Shown piece after piece: positions 56,001 through 64,000 of a stretch of DNA of 64,000 nucleotides. The notes beneath the pieces are model-generated. The model worked only from the letters and a program-made list of their open reading frames with translations, was not told where the DNA came from and did not search any database. A program made the position numbers and the translations under genes. The DNA lies in the IMG/VR virus record IMGVR_UViG_3300017917_000616, positions 1-64,000 of that record; one strand, given 5' to 3'. The DNA comes from a virus. Position 1 is the first letter of the stretch. Every line of letters starts with the position of its first letter.

Positions 56001-59000
56001 ATAGAATGTTGTTTTATCGTTTATAGAATCATATGTTTCTGTAACTACCGTGTATTGTACGTTTTGACTAAACGCCGTTAAGTAAATACTTGTTCCAGCT
56101 GGTATTTCATATGAAGGATATATTGGCGGTACTAAATAGGCTGTTTCCTTAGTAAAGAAAATTGTTATTGGACTTTCTATAGTTCCAATAGTTGTCAATG
56201 CCCCAGAAGCACTATTAGTATTAGCTACTATAATTAATCCAGCAGCACATAATAGAACAGTGTAGGTACCATTATATGCGGTTGGTACCATACCGGAAAC
56301 AGTTATCGTATCACCAGCTATGTAAGGAGGTGTAGGGTAAGTTACTGTACTATAGGAAAATCCTACAAAGGATGTATTCCAACCCACACTTGTCGGAGAT
56401 ATTTCTCTGTCGTCAAAAGACTCTAATCCAATTGTATATAATCTATCACTATCGGCGCCTGTATTTGAAAAACTAACCTTGTCACCGTATGTTAATACAG
56501 CACGTTGGTCGCCGTAGACTACAAAGAAATCATTACCATCTTCAAATGGATATTGTAGTACCATTCCTGTACTACTGTATGAAGTTAGAAATGAAACACT
56601 TTGTCCTTGATTTATTACAGAGTTATATTCGTATACGCTTTGCGATGCATTTACTAAAGTTTGTATTGGGTAGGATGGGTCTATGTTAACAGTAGTTCTA
56701 CCTGTTCCAGCATTATATGTTCTTGAAGAAACTTTATAAGTTAATCCGTTAACTTGGAAAGAAATCATCATTCCAGGTTGTATCACTGTTGTTTGATTAC
56801 CTAAAACTTGGAATGACGTTGCTCCAATAGAAATACTAGAAAACAATGTTACTCCAGATAGAACTTGATATTGAGTTAGATGCTGACCATTAACTGTAAA
56901 AGTATTATTTCCTACAGTAGTGGCGTTACTCAATGTCATACCAGCACTAATGTATGTAGGGACACTATCTAGTTGCCATGTTATTACACTCTCATCACCT
57001 ATAGCTGAGGTATACAAATAAGCACCATCATCAGAAATAGCCATGCTATCTCCTAACCTTCCACCTGAAACAGTAATTACTTGTTCTAGCGTCAAGCTGT
57101 TAATGTTTGTAGATGTAGGTATCTTATATATGTATAACTGGCTAATGATAGAGCCAGGTTGTGATATTACAACAAACTCATTGCTATGGATTATTGCCTT
57201 ACCAAATTCAGTATTAGGGACAGTGAATGTGTCACGTAAATAGAATGTTCCGCTAGGACTTACACCATAATGGTAAACTGTACCATTGTTACTATCTCCT
57301 ACAAAGTAACCTAAGTTTTCAATATATGCTACACTGTTACCAAAATTGCTAGTAGTTTCAAATTTTTGTAACGGTAGATAATTGTAATTATTTGTCTTTT
57401 CGTATACGGTCCAATTACCTTCTGAGTTATAGTCTACCCATACTTTATTTGTAGTGTAGTCTGAGTTTAGTAACGGTAATCCGTCAATATCTCTAGCACT
57501 TACGACACGTTGACTCTGTAACAAGAAAGTTATGCCCAAGCTAACTATTTCTGTAGTCGTAGTTGGAAGTGTTAGCGCAACAATTATATTAGTTATATCT
57601 AAAACTCTGTCTACTAAGTAGTATCCATTGACTAAAGGATCAAAATTAATTATACCAATTACTTGTTCTTCAAAGTATCCATGAGGTTTATCAAACGTTA
57701 GTGTGACTGTATTGTTATAATTATTTTGTACATTTATTAGCAATGCGCCTGTACTATACGGCGTGTATACTTGCCATTCATTCTTCTTATCGGCTACCCA
57801 AATATAATCATTTTTATAGATTGTATTGATAGCACCATCTACTAAATCATTAATAGAGTATCCTATCTCTATCATATCATCGATGTTAGCGTATCCGGCG
57901 CTTGGTAATTTTTCTTGATATCCCGATTCCACCGTAGGCAAAATATTTTCGTTTTCTATCGGTCTAGCATAGTTTCTGATATTATAAAGAGGTATTTCTT
58001 GTTGTGCTCCATCAACAGATTCATCTTTGATTACGCTAACAATGCTTGGATTACCTGTTAACTTAGTCTCATTCAATGTAACTTCGATGAAGTTTTGATT
58101 GTTCAATCCACCAAACTCAGTAGTCTTAATAGCCCAATTTTCGTGAACATCATAGTTTAAGGTATTTTCTTGTAATACAACACCTTGTAGTCTGGTTACA
58201 CTCTCTACAGTTCCCTTACTTCCTATCATATTTTTGTACACGTTTACTTGTGTAGCATCATCCAAATTAGCGTCTGCTAAATATTGTCTTGGTCTATAAC
58301 CAATCAATGAGAATGATAGTAAGTCTGCGTCTGATTCTAAGTTTGCCTTGTTAGGATCATAGAAGTAAACTGCCTCAGCGGCTCTAGTACTTGGATTTGG
58401 TAATAATCCTTTTTGAATCATTTCGTAATCTGTTTTCATCCAATCATTATAATTGAACTTCACAGAAGGTAGTATGACTGTCTTATCTGCGATATAGTAG
58501 TCATTCTTAAATTTGACAATGGTTCCTTTGTTATATTTTACATTTTCCTTCCATTCCTCAATGTTATCTTGATTGAGTATGAAGCCGGCGGCGTTTACTT
58601 GACCGTTCCATTCAGCGGTCTTAGAGCCCTTAACGTAAATTCTTTGTTGACGCAATCCTGTTGTCAAATTATAGATTACGTCATTGAATACAGTAATATT
58701 ATCAAACAAAACAACATGTTCAAAGGTACTTAAATTTCCTCTGAAGAAACTTATAGTATCACCTTGATTTAATGTCTTAACATTGAATTCCGTATCGTTT
58801 CTATAAACAGATAGGTCACTCAATCCAATTGGTATCAAGTTCTGATTAAGAATGAAATTCTCTTGGAAGAATGTTAATGGTTGAACAATAGAATTTTCTT
58901 TATTAATAGAAATTATTCTAGCGCATGGGTTAACGTTAATAGTGCTACCTACATCCCATCCAGTCTGTATCCAATATGCCAATTCAGCAATCATTTGTTC

Positions 59001-62000
59001 CCAAGTTAGTTGTAGTCCGTTTTCTACATCGTCAAACTTGAATCCTTGACTTTCTAAGTACAGACCATAACCTCTAATGAAGGCTGCTAGATTATTTACG
59101 TTGGTGAACTCTACACCATATGGTGTAACTATAGTTTGGTCGTAATATTGTTTCGGTATTTGTATGGTCAATCCATTTACAATCACCGTATCGAACAGAC
59201 CATTCATCATAGGTATCTTACTTGTGAAGTATGCTCTGTTCTGACTATTTCCGAAAACTTTATATCCTCTGTCAGTACGTTGAATAATCAATGAAGAATA
59301 TATTAGCGTATCTGTAGGTTGGTTATCATATAACAAGATGCTGTAACTGTCATCAGGAATTAGCAGACTAGTATTTTTACTATCGGGTGTTCCCTTTTCA
59401 ACATAAAAATTCAATAGGTCTTTATCACTAAATCCGGCTAACCTATAACCTAATCTAACATCTAAGTTAGTAATCAGATTACTAATTTCTGTGCCACCAT
59501 CCATTCCAAATTGATATAGATAATCAACTAACCAGTTTGTGTAACTATGAACACTGGTGCCATTACCATAGATAGTCATATTGGTTAGCGGATTTCTAAA
59601 GCGATTATTATATAGGTACTGGTTGAACTCAGTATTATACTTATAATTGTCAACATCTATGCCTAAGGCAAAGAATCTAGCTGGCTTAGTTAATGCCATT
59701 ATTCGCATTAGGTCGAATGGAAAACTACTACTTCTATGGTAGCTAAATTCTGCGGCTCCCATGTCGCCCACGATCCAGTCATTCTTGAATGCTTCAATAT
59801 TATATGAGCCTATTACATTAGAGAAGGGATCTAATAAATTGCCATTGCTATCAACAGGAATGATATCCATCAATCCATCACGAATCCTCTGTTCATTTAC
59901 ATAAGGATTGCCATCATTCCATACATATCCATTAGCAATATCTTGCCACATATATGTATTATCTTTGGTATACGGAGTTGTACCGTATCTAGTATCCCAC
60001 CAACTTGGTTTGCTAGTTAAGCCAAGCATTTCCCATGGTCTGGTATCTGGATTAGTAGTGTCATAAAGCCATAAGTATATACCATGCCAATTACCTTGTT
60101 TAACGTATTGATTATTAAAGTTAAACTTAGATTGTCTGTAGTTGTATGTGTATGGATTTGATGGATCATAGTACTGATCGGTATAATTAATACGATTAGT
60201 TCCGATCCAGTTTAAAAATTGAATTGTATATATTTGTCTGTATTGTTCAAATGTGACGCCCACATCTCTAAACTGACCGGGTACTACTTCATCGTAGTTA
60301 ATAGGAATAGCAGAACTTATTTTTAGATTGTTATAAATTCTCTTTTCAAATTCAAATAATACATTATCTCTATAGTCACTTAATATACCGTTATCATATG
60401 TACCATAAAGTTTAGTATAAGATCCATCATGACCCTTGATAAACCAGGTTGGAGTTACATATGTATTGTCATATACAATTTCTGGCATATACGCAGGATA
60501 CAAGCCTAATTTAGTAGGTGTGTTTGGTACAAAACTTCCGTAAGTTTGATTGTATTCTTTAATGGTGATTACATCATTGTTTACTAAATCAGTTGTTATT
60601 GTTAGCGAAGGATCTGTTTCGCTTACAGTGTAATCTACACCTTTAATTAACTGAGATACAACCATTTGTCCGTTGATTTTTCTAGTTAGATAAACTAAAA
60701 CACCGTAGTAATTAGCAGAATTAAAATCATAAACTCTGCTTAAGTTGTAGACGCTAGTTGATACATTGCTTTTAAACACATAGGTATTGGTAATATATGC
60801 GTTCTTACTAGGAAGCATATCAGACCAAAAGAATGGATTAGAATCGATTTTAGTTTGTGTTATCTTATCTAAAGAATCATCTAAAAGATTTGATGGATTC
60901 TCATAAGATTGAAATTCACCTCTAGTTAGTGTGTCAATTAATTTGGCCTTGAACTTGATATATTCATTACCGTTAAATGCTAAAGCATCAAAGAAGTTAT
61001 TATAGTTATTACGCAAAAATGCGCCGGCGTTCACCACCGGAGCACTATTTTGAATAATCTTAGTACCGTAAGGTATGATATTACCTAAGTCTCTGTAATT
61101 ATTAGATCCAAAAGCAATACCAGAAAAATCAGGAGCATTGTTAACGATGCTCTTATAATGACCACGTATATCACCTAAATTGATAGAACTAATCTCACTG
61201 TTAAAAGGATTGTGATCTAGATTAGTAGGTACCTGATAGTAACCGGTGGTTGTAGTTTGGTCACTGTATAATAAAATATCTACTGGTGTGCCTAAAGGTA
61301 TTGTTCTGTTTAGCGTGATAGTTGTAGAGTTATCCGTTGTAGCGATAGAATAATCTGAGCTGGACAACCTAGCATTATCAACATACACCACTATTACAGG
61401 CCAATTAGTAGTGGTAGAATCTTTTATTTTTACATCGCAAATAAAGGTTGGTACAGCCGGAACACCATTGTATTTGAAATTAAACACTTGAAATTGGAAG
61501 CTGTCATCAGCGGCAGTTTGCCAACCTATTTCTCTATTATAATCTATTCTATTCGTGTAATTATACACATACCCAATGTTGATATTTTCAGTCAATGATT
61601 TATTTTGTTGTACATAATTGAAGGTTTGACTATTCAATGTCACATCGAAAACAATATCACCTAAGTTATTCAAAGAACTATAACTAATTGGGAATCCTAA
61701 TATTGGATCATCTGCGCCAGACCCTGGCTTATATTCAAATAATGTAGACCCGGCAAAATTACTACTAGGATAAAAATCCATGTCACTTAAACTTACCCCA
61801 TTGCTATCAAATACATCGAATAAAGGTGGTTGATTGACTCTTTCTTTTTGTTGAGTTAGTTGCCAATTGAGTCCATCAAAGTAGTAAGTTTTTCCTATAT
61901 AGTTTTCACCTAAAACTATAACACACTGCTCATCATATAATACATCTGATCCTAATTGTGTCAATGTTATAACAGGATCTTGACCTTGAACAACTGTAGA

Positions 62001-64000
62001 AAAATGAACCTTATATATTTTGTTTCTTATTAAAGGATCTTGGTCTCCAGCAAATACTACAGTTGATCCATCAAACAATGATGACGAAGGACCATCTGGT
62101 GTGAATGATGTTTGTCCGGCTACTTGAGTAAGAGCGTCGGTTACGGTAAAATTAATAAAGTCTACTGATCCGCGAGTAATAGTACCAGACTGGAATAACT
62201 TTAAGTTTGGATAAAATTCTATGATTGGTCTTTTAGCTCTACTTTCTGGATTACCCAATGCTTGTAATGATATAGGAGCAGATATAGTATTAGCTATAGC
62301 AGTATTTAAAACATCAATGTGGAACCAGCGATTACTACGACTCCATGAGTTTTTATTCAATGAATTTCTAGCTATTGTGATATAGTCTTGGTCGCTAGGA
62401 TATGTTGTAGTTTCTTCAAAGCTATATGTATCGTAGGGCTGAAAGTCGTATGGATTAACCAATGGTTGACCATAACCCTCCGGCACTCCTAATTCAGATA
62501 CAGGTATGAGGGCAATACTAGTACCAACACCCTCTACATAATATTGACCTTCGGAGTATTCGACAGGAAATACATTTGGTCCAAACGTAATTTTTAATCC
62601 GTTTGTAAATTTAATATTATTAGGGCTTGTGTAAGTCTTTTGACCCAAAATATCATTGACGTTTATAAGGTCACTACCCGGATCATCAATAATTTTGATG
62701 ATACCAGCAATGTTAGGATTATTGTCATCAATATAAAATAATGTGTCAAGTCTAGCAGTCAAAATAGGGACTAGCAAGATTTCCGCAAAACTGTTTTTAA
62801 CAAATTGACGACCTATGTACTCAGTACCATACCTGACAGTAATTAGTTTATTATCGGGCAACATTCCTTCTTCGGACAAAGATATAACATTATCACCAGA
62901 ATCTGTTGGTAAAAAATTAATCTTGTAATAGTGTTTATTAATTTCAGAAGGTACACTGTTTTCAAATAAACCTTGATCCACTGTGGCAGTCATGGCTCCA
63001 CTGGCAGTAGTTAGTGTTACTGCTGGGCCACCTGGTTCAAGAGCTATTGTAAATTCTGTTGAGCTTACTATAGACTCGACAAAGTATAAATCACCGTCAT
63101 TTAAAATTCCCAAAGAAGGACCATTAAACAACACTGCTTCATTAATACTTAACGCACTTGTACTATCACAAGTAACGATATTAGTCCCGCTTGTAGTGTC
63201 GGTAATTGTTAAAGTTACAGTTGATGTTAGTGAATTAGTGTCGTAGGTACCATCATAAAACTTGCTTATTTGCCCAATAGTACCCGGTGGCTGTCCATAG
63301 AATATCAATGTTTTATTTTCTAAATCAAAAACATCATCAATACTATCAACTTCGCTTGCTAATTTTCCATTAATATCTTCCCACGATAAAGTAGTAGCTA
63401 TATCAACATCTAGCCCTAATGGTAGATTCCATTCATCCTGTGAGTTTGCGAGTGGAACATTAAATGTTACGGTTCCATTGTTTGTGCCGTTATTAACTAC
63501 ACCAAATACTTCTCTAGTATCGATATTATTTCGTACTTCACTTACACCATTGATATTAGTATTAGTTTGTATCCAAAAGTTTCCTAATTGGTTAACGCTG
63601 AATGTATATGTGCCACCTCTAATAAATGTTAGAGTAGGATTTTGTACTGAAAGCTGAACATTGTTTGTTGTTAATAAGTATCCTGTAGATTTTTCTTCAA
63701 CTATATAGTCTAATGACCTAAACAATTCTGTAGTAGTTATTAAAACAGGATCAGGGCCAAACGGTAACCAATAGTACTGACTGTAGTTTATCAATTTATC
63801 TAAATCTACAAAACTATCCCATGAATAGAATTGATTTTCAAAAAGACTAGTGTTATTATTAGTAACACCGCCTTGTAACTTTAAACTATCTAGTATACCA
63901 GGATATGTTAAAAGGTCAATTGCTTTGTCAGTATCTTTCTTTTTAAAAACTACCGTAGGTTCTAGTTGATAATCTGTTCTTACCTTAGATGGCTCAACCA
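47055..64000 (-). CDS. Giant baseplate-wedge-like structural protein (>5,640 aa, 5' end outside the window)
   Basis: The frame stays open from 63794 to the edge (VEPSKVRTDYQLEPTVV...YSWDSFVDLDKLINYSQYYW). Contains FG-GAP-like and W-rich beta-propeller blocks, YINEVKPYH, and E.I.Y/F...L.G..RG..(N/G)T modules. Confidence 0.8.
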   Translation of the reverse strand, partial: VEPSKVRTDYQLEPTVVFKKKDTDKAIDLLTYPGILDSLKLQGGVTNNNTSLFENQFYSWDSFVDLDKLINYSQYYWLPFGPDPVLITTTELFRSLDYIVEEKSTGYLLTTNNVQLSVQNPTLTFIRGGTYTFSVNQLGNFWIQTNTNINGVSEVRNNIDTREVFGVVNNGTNNGTVTFNVPLANSQDEWNLPLGLDVDIATTLSWEDINGKLASEVDSIDDVFDLENKTLIFYGQPPGTIGQISKFYDGTYDTNSLTSTVTLTITDTTSGTNIVTCDSTSALSINEAVLFNGPSLGILNDGDLYFVESIVSSTEFTIALEPGGPAVTLTTASGAMTATVDQGLFENSVPSEINKHYYKINFLPTDSGDNVISLSEEGMLPDNKLITVRYGTEYIGRQFVKNSFAEILLVPILTARLDTLFYIDDNNPNIAGIIKIIDDPGSDLINVNDILGQKTYTSPNNIKFTNGLKITFGPNVFPVEYSEGQYYVEGVGTSIALIPVSELGVPEGYGQPLVNPYDFQPYDTYSFEETTTYPSDQDYITIARNSLNKNSWSRSNRWFHIDVLNTAIANTISAPISLQALGNPESRAKRPIIEFYPNLKLFQSGTITRGSVDFINFTVTDALTQVAGQTSFTPDGPSSSLFDGSTVVFAGDQDPLIRNKIYKVHFSTVVQGQDPVITLTQLGSDVLYDEQCVIVLGENYIGKTYYFDGLNWQLTQQKERVNQPPLFDVFDSNGVSLSDMDFYPSSNFAGSTLFEYKPGSGADDPILGFPISYSSLNNLGDIVFDVTLNSQTFNYVQQNKSLTENINIGYVYNYTNRIDYNREIGWQTAADDSFQFQVFNFKYNGVPAVPTFICDVKIKDSTTTNWPVIVVYVDNARLSSSDYSIATTDNSTTITLNRTIPLGTPVDILLYSDQTTTTGYYQVPTNLDHNPFNSEISSINLGDIRGHYKSIVNNAPDFSGIAFGSNNYRDLGNIIPYGTKIIQNSAPVVNAGAFLRNNYNNFFDALAFNGNEYIKFKAKLIDTLTRGEFQSYENPSNLLDDSLDKITQTKIDSNPFFWSDMLPSKNAYITNTYVFKSNVSTSVYNLSRVYDFNSANYYGVLVYLTRKINGQMVVSQLIKGVDYTVSETDPSLTITTDLVNNDVITIKEYNQTYGSFVPNTPTKLGLYPAYMPEIVYDNTYVTPTWFIKGHDGSYTKLYGTYDNGILSDYRDNVLFEFEKRIYNNLKISSAIPINYDEVVPGQFRDVGVTFEQYRQIYTIQFLNWIGTNRINYTDQYYDPSNPYTYNYRQSKFNFNNQYVKQGNWHGIYLWLYDTTNPDTRPWEMLGLTSKPSWWDTRYGTTPYTKDNTYMWQDIANGYVWNDGNPYVNEQRIRDGLMDIIPVDSNGNLLDPFSNVIGSYNIEAFKNDWIVGDMGAAEFSYHRSSSFPFDLMRIMALTKPARFFALGIDVDNYKYNTEFNQYLYNNRFRNPLTNMTIYGNGTSVHSYTNWLVDYLYQFGMDGGTEISNLITNLDVRLGYRLAGFSDKDLLNFYVEKGTPDSKNTSLLIPDDSYSILLYDNQPTDTLIYSSLIIQRTDRGYKVFGNSQNRAYFTSKIPMMNGLFDTVIVNGLTIQIPKQYYDQTIVTPYGVEFTNVNNLAAFIRGYGLYLESQGFKFDDVENGLQLTWEQMIAELAYWIQTGWDVGSTINVNPCARIISINKENSIVQPLTFFQENFILNQNLIPIGLSDLSVYRNDTEFNVKTLNQGDTISFFRGNLSTFEHVVLFDNITVFNDVIYNLTTGLRQQRIYVKGSKTAEWNGQVNAAGFILNQDNIEEWKENVKYNKGTIVKFKNDYYIADKTVILPSVKFNYNDWMKTDYEMIQKGLLPNPSTRAAEAVYFYDPNKANLESDADLLSFSLIGYRPRQYLADANLDDATQVNVYKNMIGSKGTVESVTRLQGVVLQENTLNYDVHENWAIKTTEFGGLNNQNFIEVTLNETKLTGNPSIVSVIKDESVDGAQQEIPLYNIRNYARPIENENILPTVESGYQEKLPSAGYANIDDMIEIGYSINDLVDGAINTIYKNDYIWVADKKNEWQVYTPYSTGALLINVQNNYNNTVTLTFDKPHGYFEEQVIGIINFDPLVNGYYLVDRVLDITNIIVALTLPTTTTEIVSLGITFLLQSQRVVSARDIDGLPLLNSDYTTNKVWVDYNSEGNWTVYEKTNNYNYLPLQKFETTSNFGNSVAYIENLGYFVGDSNNGTVYHYGVSPSGTFYLRDTFTVPNTEFGKAIIHSNEFVVISQPGSIISQLYIYKIPTSTNINSLTLEQVITVSGGRLGDSMAISDDGAYLYTSAIGDESVITWQLDSVPTYISAGMTLSNATTVGNNTFTVNGQHLTQYQVLSGVTLFSSISIGATSFQVLGNQTTVIQPGMMISFQVNGLTYKVSSRTYNAGTGRTTVNIDPSYPIQTLVNASQSVYEYNSVINQGQSVSFLTSYSSTGMVLQYPFEDGNDFFVVYGDQRAVLTYGDKVSFSNTGADSDRLYTIGLESFDDREISPTSVGWNTSFVGFSYSTVTYPTPPYIAGDTITVSGMVPTAYNGTYTVLLCAAGLIIVANTNSASGALTTIGTIESPITIFFTKETAYLVPPIYPSYEIPAGTSIYLTAFSQNVQYTVVTETYDSINDKTTFYCLEDIQYTIPSGAKVYTVNSYFTYTNTIEPPVKVFGDGYGTSIATNYDGSKMFIGAPYYDENVNLTNTGVAYIYDRLTQNVEIQYDVLNNQSAVLTLPFSPGFKARVYINQQLLPSDRYVVVANKVQISGPIFAGDIVTIASSFFVLSQMIKSQDNISDLRQGENFGYSLDCNKYGSELIVGVPFDVSNNNVNEGSVLRFTNTGKRFGRLTGVIGCNLTEATYILLNGFVVNLFNTINILSTVTTGSTTVTINPSDAAKMPANGVITFQDTTSPFQPERSIFYSSRNTTTGVITFAVPFPFANTFAPSDTLMVVPLGNAANIANAINQTNLDNIRAYATEDNRLQIFLIYPELGQVNNKLNISVFNGNYLFMMGFIDYVKSQTIYDLHQQTITQFGYNVKFNNENSFVVSAPASIRYLATTFDLISDTNTRNDTVFDNNLTFFEDKTSNAGSVYMYNYIPSYLESFNNIGKYVYAQSCNDKLTFVGPQPMYGAALDFTNDKVIIGVPKFNINAAGGRVVIYENTTGINNWHVYRESAPISDVTKIRKVQLYNNTNNQNLASLDYIDPLQGKLLGVVQENLDYISISDPAGYNGPNLNTGKEVWTKDHIGKLWFDTSTTRFINYHQNDVVYNSKWWGRVFPGSDVSVYSWIESDVVPAFYVGPGTVYDIGKYSTVLFTDSNNNLIAKYYYWVRNTNLVFSHYGKTLSDTIISQYITDPKNSGISFMAALRPNTYGLYNSQEYINDVSTNLHLGFGVNGDSTASHVEFQLIRSDYPDDFLTGFPDRDKGYNTPVALYDRLLDSCSGTDEIGAIVPDPYLPKLLQQGVNIRPRQGFFVNRLEALRNYFEYANTILKLYPINEFGNITFLYAQGENFNTTQYWENVYWWAEGYSDATRAAFDVPMYSDLLTLTPKEGQIVGVVSNSQGNREVYVYKAGTWERIGVQNGTIQLLDTLWDYQSNKIGWGDNFFDSEDFDFYPSIETRYIVRALNEQIYINDLFQYRNKSLILLFEYIQSENIESQDYMPWLTKTSFVDVNYTVRELTANEKFQRDNQSLLEGYINEVKPYHVVLKDFYLQYSRTDVFDGDLTDFDLPAQYNDTLGKFVSPELTYGDVTSSPYQYTSTDEIWQTQEYTSWFNNYGITLTSQPNTDISTLMRYIGTLDNEIYVESVYGMPFNGIIKIDSELIGYTGVDRVNNKLVGVSRGVNNTTPAGHFAGTTIFIDLPEVVVLYEGRGYQEPPEVTVRIDTSVYPAPREEAVVQAVMGGDKVIGVSVLTPGSGYVVAPEIVFEPSFVISTPLDKINFNTYTIILSSTDYTTGDIVYSEGITSNGITIIPDGYYYVNVTGIVVSTFMLMATPGNAVTMSFHTSYDDAIRNNNKVPFVNPSLISSGYVHEISIRPRAIVTQGNTKTRTLKPVLKFDRTSYNSRVTEWTPNTYYSSPYISIGNDASNPTKLSYGLPYTGMSGTVSPAGGVSASFTVYNLSLANEYDVEIENGGTGYSPGDVITILGTQLNGTAPTNNCVITVGTVNFAGTIQTITFAGLPVDPSLASLQGAVMPITGFASVDGQAVVTVNYNYSGILPGQVSGSYMYFFRVQTYDGTPGVPANTYEYDDTLAGGAKIWISTPKFNPANVTNQYYIQILDPGSIYSDGDKIVIPGSNFGPGSQDIVNDCIITVQFSNLGAIYSAFVNGVASAQQAQYYVKAISDTELAVYQDSKLQVPVSAAGFLWDGGTSPFPPYGNSISDYCYLPEPIINNYSYGYNLSSIVTYAGIVWQCIQANNDSEFDPTKWYPLQSSDNALNALDRIEGYYTPAITMPGKDPQQLVQGITYPNNVYYGNAFAPDEEIPLDFVLRDEPFYPIDVNVKAVINNGSTLIAACDSPTSSLVLVRNQSGTWDNYKISEYPLGITDMSYENDRYVMSTTNIKNPVLVSYDGIRWITLGTYTPFDTLEFGEGGYDTTMVEAPNLPMYGTRIVNGVFYVVGDKLLRSENGVKFDPVYTFGSRLDNNLQDISYVNILGYVGYIAVGGGGVVTSGAGTALPTVANVGKIVTSVDGNTNWVLQPPLGTNQLNGVASSSTRAVIVGNSGTIFYSTNTNNWLSGVFADISTTVNINSVAFGNSVFVAVGNKIGTGETDPGLILVSSDGITWYAYPQTSQYVTTDNLNTVHFDGSYFYIAGDNDTILRSTNGVNWTDLANINVNEPTYAVKGNDFLFGYGPEELVAGVVTDTLSMYVNTAPGAYWDTDSSQTVWYKHTGFNMKALELVPDANLTVSFANYVVNPARLSVFVLNRTTNYSYRIFENTTTLNNPISYVIDWVGQTITISSALGANEVLMVELYEVGNGVEVVRGNSKYVPIEIDPDTGWSQFTFNQLYRPYNAQPLVYVNGIKLTNTVDYVVTFTNDNYLRLLFINNTYDTDVDYIVFSILRDTLIPYEYSIPETQIYVPSSIGETSIPLDYNFVTTTGDNITNAIVEVNGIRLLSGEYTFNLMSDTLDLTSITVSPDDIVSITTYNDTTRQYLVTDEVTGLQVTEIKFVNTSNNPVRLTFTTDPNFSLGDLIRIDGIAGSVELNNKTFYVNPVTILGDPNYYVDLYTDSATTNPLIGTNVSPYAGTGYAWLDSNTISVPLPTVAPGAPIMSYTDGARTWVTVAGYRINPEQMIYNSDCEFTGSIAFAPNYPTDTYGVLTVTSVSKGSLTLGQEIFGGSITPGTIITSYITGTGGIGTYEVNIGQTVSSASMNTDQTNKLSILSEITSTDDIMITSMVTGESPNPISYNLNVNKYSDGSVYRTNPEDGSWLTQNFGINDTVMYFKDVSNLVDSIEQQITTVNISSVIYGFVQCDINEVKEVQVYNKTTLTQLPQSYFGLKLVNGNPALIFSSGASAGDTLIVTLTIGNIVEILGERIRFDNIDTQNNTISGLTRGVQGTRVAQIHYANEMGYGIIPTRRLTSAEYDSVWNSNVYNPVKGDPLQISQTPVAVFLQSNYTNER

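Noticed and set aside
1-64000. Genome-wide TAG reassignment (genetic code 15)
   Set aside because: Genes up to 17 kb are intact under code 11 and coding density is already near complete. Only one in-frame TAG was found.

Overview
A 64-kb piece of a large, AT-rich, T4-like (jumbo-type) myophage genome. The host is probably a freshwater betaproteobacterium, inferred from Bug/TctC binding proteins, a Burkholderiales-type porin, AhpC/AhpD and the tmRNA tag ANDEVYALAA. Most genes are on the minus strand. From left to right: thyA (partial) and dfr; small early genes; a MoxR AAA+/vWA-metallopeptidase pair; a plus-strand tail-fibre cassette with a tandem 2OG-Fe(II) oxygenase and a glycosyltransferase-methyltransferase; an AhpC-aldolase-TerC-AhpD operon; a porin; two PP-loop ATPase + Bug/TctC pairs; a permuted tmRNA gene; a secreted Asn-repeat three-gene module; an ~18-kb glycan synthesis/modification locus (GTs, UDP-Glc dehydrogenase, carbamoyltransferase, SGNH, three radical SAM enzymes); and virion genes ending in a >5,640-aa baseplate-like ORF that runs off the right edge. 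The strongest unexplained signals concern translation. (1) A CUA-anticodon (amber suppressor) tRNA (14307-14380, minus) lies inside a coding region about 80 nt upstream of a gene that starts ATG-GCA-TAG, i.e. with an in-frame amber at codon 3, while TAG is otherwise almost unused in the window. (2) A circularly permuted two-piece tmRNA carries, in its intervening segment, a Shine-Dalgarno-led 23-aa hydrophobic peptide ORF. (3) Many genes appear to be leaderless, from both sigma70-type and TAAATA-type promoters. All assignments come from reading motifs by eye; no database searches were run.
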